Source of the DNA: Eledone cirrhosa
Lineage: Eukaryota
Length of the DNA: 64,000 nucleotides
Assembly (NCBI GenBank): GCA_964016885.1
Contig: OZ024742.1
Location: forward strand, 126,666,001-126,730,000
Reading direction: 5' to 3'
Shown: positions 57,851 through 64,000 of the stretch, in pieces
Layout of the letters: each line of letters begins with the position of its first letter
Numbering within the stretch: position 1 is the stretch's first letter
Notes under the pieces: model-generated
The model's input: the letters and a program-made list of their open reading frames with translations, nothing else
Told to the model about the DNA's origin: nothing
Databases searched by the model: none
Position numbers and translations under genes: made by a program

Positions 57851-58372
57851 TATTTGATTAGTATTATATTTATCGATCTCAGAAGATCAAAAGGTAAAGT
57901 TGACCTCGGCGAGATTTGAACTCGTTGCCCAGCGAGCTAGAACAAACAGTGAGGTATAATCCAACACGCCTAACAACTCGGACAATCCGTCATCAACTGA
58001 GTCGATCTCGCGCTAAACAACAACATCACTGGTAACGTGACTTAAAAATCTATCCTGCCGATCGATTAATTCACTGTTCGATACAAGTGTTCCCTGTATT
58101 GATGTAGAGAGGAGAATATAGATACAATATGCGATGAAAGGGAAAAAAATAAAAACACCATTCATAGTGTTTGCAAGTGAAATGTTATATATCAGGAATT
58201 TCTTCGGCTTCAGTTGTCTCCCTTGCTCCATTAGATGAATTATTTTGATTCGAGTTCCTACACGTGTGTGTGTGTGTGTATATATATAACCCACGCGCTC
58301 ACATATTCATGTATGTATATGTGTGTGCGCATGTATGTAATTTAGTATGTGTGTATGAGTATGTGTGCATGT

Positions 58373-58423
<51 letters not shown>

Positions 58424-58433
58424 ACACCCTCAC

Positions 58434-58488
<55 letters not shown>

Positions 58489-58495
58489 CGCATAT

Positions 58496-58526
<31 letters not shown>

Positions 58527-58919
58527 TATATATGCAGGAGAACTGACTGACTGGTTGGGCGGTTGGTGAAGTGGTTGGCAAAGGGAAATATATAAGAATT
58601 CTGGAATGGCGGTATGGTGAAGCGGAAGACGAGAATGTATGTATACTTGTGTGAATATGCGTGTTGGCATTCATGTCTATTTATGTATGTGTGCATGTAT
58701 GCTTGTATGTACGTACATATAAACGTCCGTATGTATGTATGTATGTATGTATGTATGTATGTATGTATGTATGTATGTATGTATGTATGTATGTATGTAT
58801 GTATGTACGTATGTATGTTTGCATGTGTATCTTAACGAAGTAACGTAGTCACTAAGTAGTAGTTTGACCTGTTAGAAATAGCGACCAAATCTTCTTCTAA
58901 CTACAACAAAAATAAAAAG

Positions 58920-59135
58920 GGACGATCAACTTTCGTCAAATCGGACCGAAGAAATAATGCTTCCATTGGTCTTTCCAATTGCTAATACTATCTATCGGTC
59001 GCAACACCGGGTAGAAGGAGCAACGTGAAATAAAGTGTCTTGTTCAAGGACATAACGCATCGCCCGGTCGGGGAATTGAACTCACAACCTCACGCTTGTG
59101 AATCCAATTTTCTAAGCATTGAGCCACACGCCTTC
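58920..59135 (-). mobile_element. SINE family B, full length
   Basis: Reverse complement of 35340-35532. Confidence 0.85.
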
Positions 59136-59329
59136 CAAGCCACTTCTTAGATATACTAGGCATGAAAATGAAATTGAAAGTCAAAATTAAGAACTGTGAT
59201 CGACCATCTATATGATGTGCGTCTATGACATAGTTACTATCAGAAGGTGATCCATAAATTTCATATGGAAAGCTTCTTGGACCATTAAATATAAATTTAC
59301 TTCGAATTGCATCATGGTCGAGTGGTTAG

Positions 59330-59585
59330 CGGCTAAACCGGCTGCCCCACCACACCCTGGTCTGGCGAGAAGGGTAAGTGGAACCCCAACAGCACAAAAA
59401 TAAAAATAAAAAGACAAGAGCTGTTAAAAGAAGGGACAAACTCCTCAGAATCAACGACCAACCATCCGAACCCGCAATTGGCCAAGCGTGGTGAGTACGG
59501 CTACACCCAAGACATGACCAAAACCAAACAGAAAGCAGTGAAGATCAACAGGTATGAGAAGTCCCAGGATTGAATTGGATTGACA
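59330..59585 (+). mobile_element. Dispersed repeat, possible LINE 5' UTR
   Basis: AACCCGCAA.TGG.CAAG.GTGGTGA...ACATGACCAAAACC shared with 6625-6790. Confidence 0.5.
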
Positions 59586-60051
59586 TTTTGTCAGACAGTG
59601 GGATATAAAACTCATCGTGGATCACCGATGTATGATCAGAATGTGTATCATTGTTCTACTGGAGCAAGACCTAATAATAATTGAGGGAAAATCCGGAATC
59701 GGGGGAAATTGATGATCTGTGTCGGCAATAATTAGCTATTTATATTATATTGCCAGAAGGTTAATTCCCGTGAGGTGTGAAGACTTTAACTTTTCAGGCT
59801 TTGTTCATCGTCACTGAGTGAAGAACAGAGGAAAATTGATGGCGGCAGATTTTAGGTGAATGAAATAATAACTATATAAGGCCAACATTGCCATACTTTC
59901 AATTAACACACTATCACTCTACATCACACTACACTTGAGTGGGTTCGATAATCAATAAATGTATTTCAACTATAAACGATATTGTTATCGGCCTACATAT
60001 CTCATACATACACATTCCGAAATTTCAGAATATATATATATATATATAAAT

Positions 60052-60350
<299 letters not shown>

Positions 60351-60595
60351 ACCACCACCACCACCACAGATCAATGTTGTGTGGGCTGTACCTAATCACA
60401 CATGGAAAGAAATGTACAACATGGTAAATACATATATTTATTTTTTCCTACAGTTGTATTTACACACACGTATCTACACACATACATATACACACGTAGA
60501 TATATATATATTCATTATAAATATTTTATACACTTGCACGAAATAAAATGATTCTAAAGATTCGCTTAATTATTAGAAGCAAGTACACACTCAAT

Positions 60596-60644
<49 letters not shown>

Positions 60645-61127
60645 AAATTGATAGGGAGTAGAAATTGTGCGTGTCTAACATTTAAAGTATTATCCATTTA
60701 TACACAGACTTCCATACATTAAATAAGCATTTCTAATAGATTACTTTTTATATTTAATAATAATTATTTATGGACATCAGTCTAGGTAGGCACTACCAAA
60801 CCTGTCAACATACACCCCCTTATACTTACATGCTCACTTATATATATTTATATACACATTGCTGCAGTCTCGGTTACACACTCTGTATTTATACAGACAT
60901 AACTTTATCATACACATCGGCAGCTAGAACACTTCTTAACATATATATATATGTATGTTTGTATGTATTATTTGTGTGTGTATGTGTATGTATGTATGAT
61001 GTCACACTTCTTTTGTATTTATAATATTTTGATTTCAGCCTTTAACCCGTACATAAGTCGCATGCTATTTTTCGTAAATACTCATTGCAGCTTCACTAGC
61101 GGCTACGTTGAAAAATAAATGCTGAAA

Positions 61128-61312
61128 TAATTGTTTCTACTTTTGGCACAAGGCCAGCAATTACCCCAGTGCATTACTGGTACTTTATTTTATCGACCCC
61201 GTAAGGATAAAAGGCAAAGTTAACCTAGGCGAGATTTGAACTCAGAATGGCAAGGGCCGTAACTCTATGTATCAAAGCATGGCGTCCAACCCTCTACCGA
61301 TACTGCCAATTC
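61128..61312 (-). mobile_element. SINE family A
   Basis: Similarity to the family. Confidence 0.85.
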
Positions 61313-61630
61313 CCCGCAAATCATGCCGGTCATTGCCAATACAGTTTACAAAGTTCTGAAGCTACATATATCTAACTAACAATGAAGATATCAGTCAGTC
61401 TTTTAAATTGCCATTTCTGATTGAGAGGCAAATTGCAATATTGCACATTAGGGTAATAGTTTCCCATACCTGGAAAGTGCATACCCCCCCCTCACATATA
61501 TCAACGAATCCTGCTTAAGTAGTCACCTACCACGTGACGTCTTCAACATATATTTGCTAAGTGCCGATATAAATATTGACTGAGAAGTGATATGACCAAC
61601 TCATCCTACATTTTCAAACATTAGCCAGTA

Positions 61631-61741
<111 letters not shown>

Positions 61742-61854
61742 CTGTGTTTGCGTGTGTTAGTACGTGCTGCAAATTTCGAGCCCAGAGTAAGGATCGTAAG
61801 GTAAGTTCCATCTGGTCCGTCGCAAACTAGTACGTAAGCATATAAATATGTATG

Positions 61855-62240
61855 TATATTTATGTATGTTCTTCTAGTTTTATGATTTTATTAATTTTTA
61901 CCAATAGAGAGTCGGTTTCTAACATAGATACAAGACTCTTTCATTGGAATTTACACAACATCAACTAGGTTGCATGTATGCATGTGTAGGAATGGATGTT
62001 ATTGTATGTGTGGATGTGGATGTTTTGAGTTATATGTGTGCATGTTTTGTATGTATGTTCTTCTGGTTTTATAATTTCACAAATTCTTACCAATCGAGAG
62101 AGAGTCGGTTTCTAACATAGACACAATACTCTCTCATTGGAATTTACACATCAACTAGGTAGATATGTATGCATGCATGTGTAGATATGGATGTTATTGT
62201 ATGTGTGGATGTATATGTTTTGAGTTGTATGTGTGCATGT
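61855..62240 (-). repeat. Two tandem about 190-bp copies, likely 3' UTR of the adjacent retroelement
   Basis: GAGAGTCGGTTTCTAACATAGA and CATTGGAATTTACACA recur. Confidence 0.85.
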
Positions 62241-62303
62241 GTATATGCTTTCTATCTGTACATGTGTATATGCAGTTATTAGATGCAAAATCTTTGGTAT
62301 GTT

Positions 62304-62715
62304 TTACATATTTTTACTGTTCCATTTAATGGATTGTACTTGTAATTTTCTAACTAGTTGTGTTCTTTCTGTTCCTGTGAAGCCTAGCTTCTCAAGATTT
62401 GTATTGAGGCATACTTCTGAAGTGTAATCAGGGTGGAGTATCTGCAGATTTCTAATCAGTTCTGCATAAATATTCTCCTTTTCGCTAATCTTTGATATTA
62501 TATTGGCATCTGCTGGGCAGCCAATTTCCACTACTGTGCATGCCTTCTTCTCCCTGTCCCATATCATAATATCTGGTCTGTTATGCCTGCATTTTATTGG
62601 GATTTTTACTGGAACATTCCACCAGTACTCTCTCATATTATGTACATACATGGAAATCTTCTACATTGATGAAGCTTTCAATGTGTTTATTATTGGGGAT
62701 ATCTTTTCGACGGAT
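62304..62715 (-). pseudogene. R4/Dong-like non-LTR restriction-like endonuclease fragment
   Basis: YWWNVPVKIPIKCRHNRPDIMIWDREKKACTVVEIGCPADANIISKISEKENIY (NRPD...E...P.D.N...K..EK...Y); 5' end abuts (ATGT)n. Confidence 0.85.
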
Positions 62716-62809
62716 TGCATGTATGTATGTATCTATGTATGTATGTACGTATGTAATTGTGTCTGTATGTATGTGTGATTGTTAGTATCTATGTGTGTCT
62801 TTGTTGATG

Positions 62810-63140
62810 CAGGCATGGTCGAATGTTTATGAAGATTGGTTAATCAAGCCTTAGGTTCAGAGTTCGTTCCTACTGCATGGTATCTTGGGCAAGTGTTAAC
62901 CACCCCTAATCTCGAGTCAACCCAAGCCTTTTGAGTGACATTGTGTAAACGAAACTATTTGGAAGCCCGTTAGATGAACTGTACCTGCAATTCAAAGAGT
63001 AAGCCTTGTCACACACTATTCCACGCTAAATCTCAATGAGAACACCACTAAAATTACACATGTTTATGGAATGCCTAGCCACTTACACGTTAATTTCATG
63101 AGCATAATAAGCTGTTTTGTTGATCGCCCAACTGGAAGAA
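62810..63140 (+). mobile_element. SINE family C
   Basis: tRNA-like head, CTTGGGCAAGTGT, tail complementary to the 9128 block. Confidence 0.7.
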
Positions 63141-63440
63141 ATCCATTCCTTGTATGTGTATGCAAGGAAAAAGGAAAAAAAATAAAAAAATAAAAAGAGA
63201 TTCGAGGTGGGAACAGAAGTTTTAAGGCACCTGGTTACTATGGCAACAGAATAGACATTAATATTTTTCCAATCCAACCACCTTTATATATGCTTAATAT
63301 ATCTATTCGTTTATTTATTTAATCAATTTAGACATCCGTATAGAGCTAGTAAGTCAGGACAGACTAAGGGAAGTATCGAGTACTTCTTACAGTTGAGAAA
63401 TAAAAAAAAGTTATACAAAGTTGTCTTTACGATCCAAAGT

Positions 63441-63640
63441 GTATCTCGTTGTAGGTGTCTTGGGATGATTTAATGATAGGGACCCCAGTCCTATCATCTC
63501 TTTTCTACAGCTGAGTAAACTGGAGCAACGTGAAATAAAGTGTCTTGCTGAAGGAAACAACACATCACCCGGTCCGAGAATTGAACTCACAACCTTTCGA
63601 TTGCAAGCCCAATGCTCTAACCACTAAGACATGCGCCTTC
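63441..63640 (-). mobile_element. SINE family B, same tail as 7104-7363
   Basis: Reverse complement of 7103-7300. Confidence 0.9.
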
Positions 63641-63672
63641 ACAAAGTTAAGTGAATATAAAAATAAAAAAAT

Positions 63673-63864
63673 AATTGTTTCTACTTTTGGCGACAGGCCA
63701 GCAAATTACCCAGTACATTACTGGTACTTTATTTTATCGACCCCGTAAGGATGAAAGGCAAAGTTTGACCTCGGTGAGATTTGAACTCAGAATGGAAAGG
63801 GCCGTAACTCTATGCGTCATAGCATGACGTCCAACCCTCTACCGATACTGCCAATCCACCGCCC
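63673..63864 (-). mobile_element. SINE family A, full length
   Basis: Reverse complement of the family consensus. Confidence 0.9.
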
Positions 63865-64000
63865 TAATAATGATAAATAAATTAATTACATAGGGAAGTC
63901 TAATGGGAGACAAAATTAGCATAAAAAAGCAGGGAAAAATGGGAAGCAAGGGAATCTGTAAAGTAGCTAGAAGGTTCTGTAGTTGAACCTTTTCATAAGC

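Overview
Eukaryotic, AT-rich, microsatellite-saturated non-coding DNA with no intact protein-coding gene that I can support. The SINE families and repeat density resemble what I recall of cephalopod (Octopus-like) genomes; this is inference. Nearly all ORFs in the track are translations of (TA)n, (CA)n, (GGT)n or (ACC)n repeats. Real content: dozens of tRNA-derived SINEs, decayed non-LTR fragments (five CRE-like restriction-like endonuclease pieces, R4/Dong-like, RTE-like, one Penelope-like RT), three MITEs, and a 2.4-kb 16-bp G-rich minisatellite. The main signal is about 15 short elements, mostly lying between microsatellite tracts. They carry complete, degenerate or 5'-truncated minimal type I hammerhead ribozymes (stem I-CUGANGA-stem II-GAAA-palindromic stem III-UH-stem I), many inside asymmetric fold-back inverted repeats. 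This fits microsatellite-targeting Penelope-like element termini or non-autonomous derivatives. All folds and alignments were read by eye; coordinates are approximate to a few bases.
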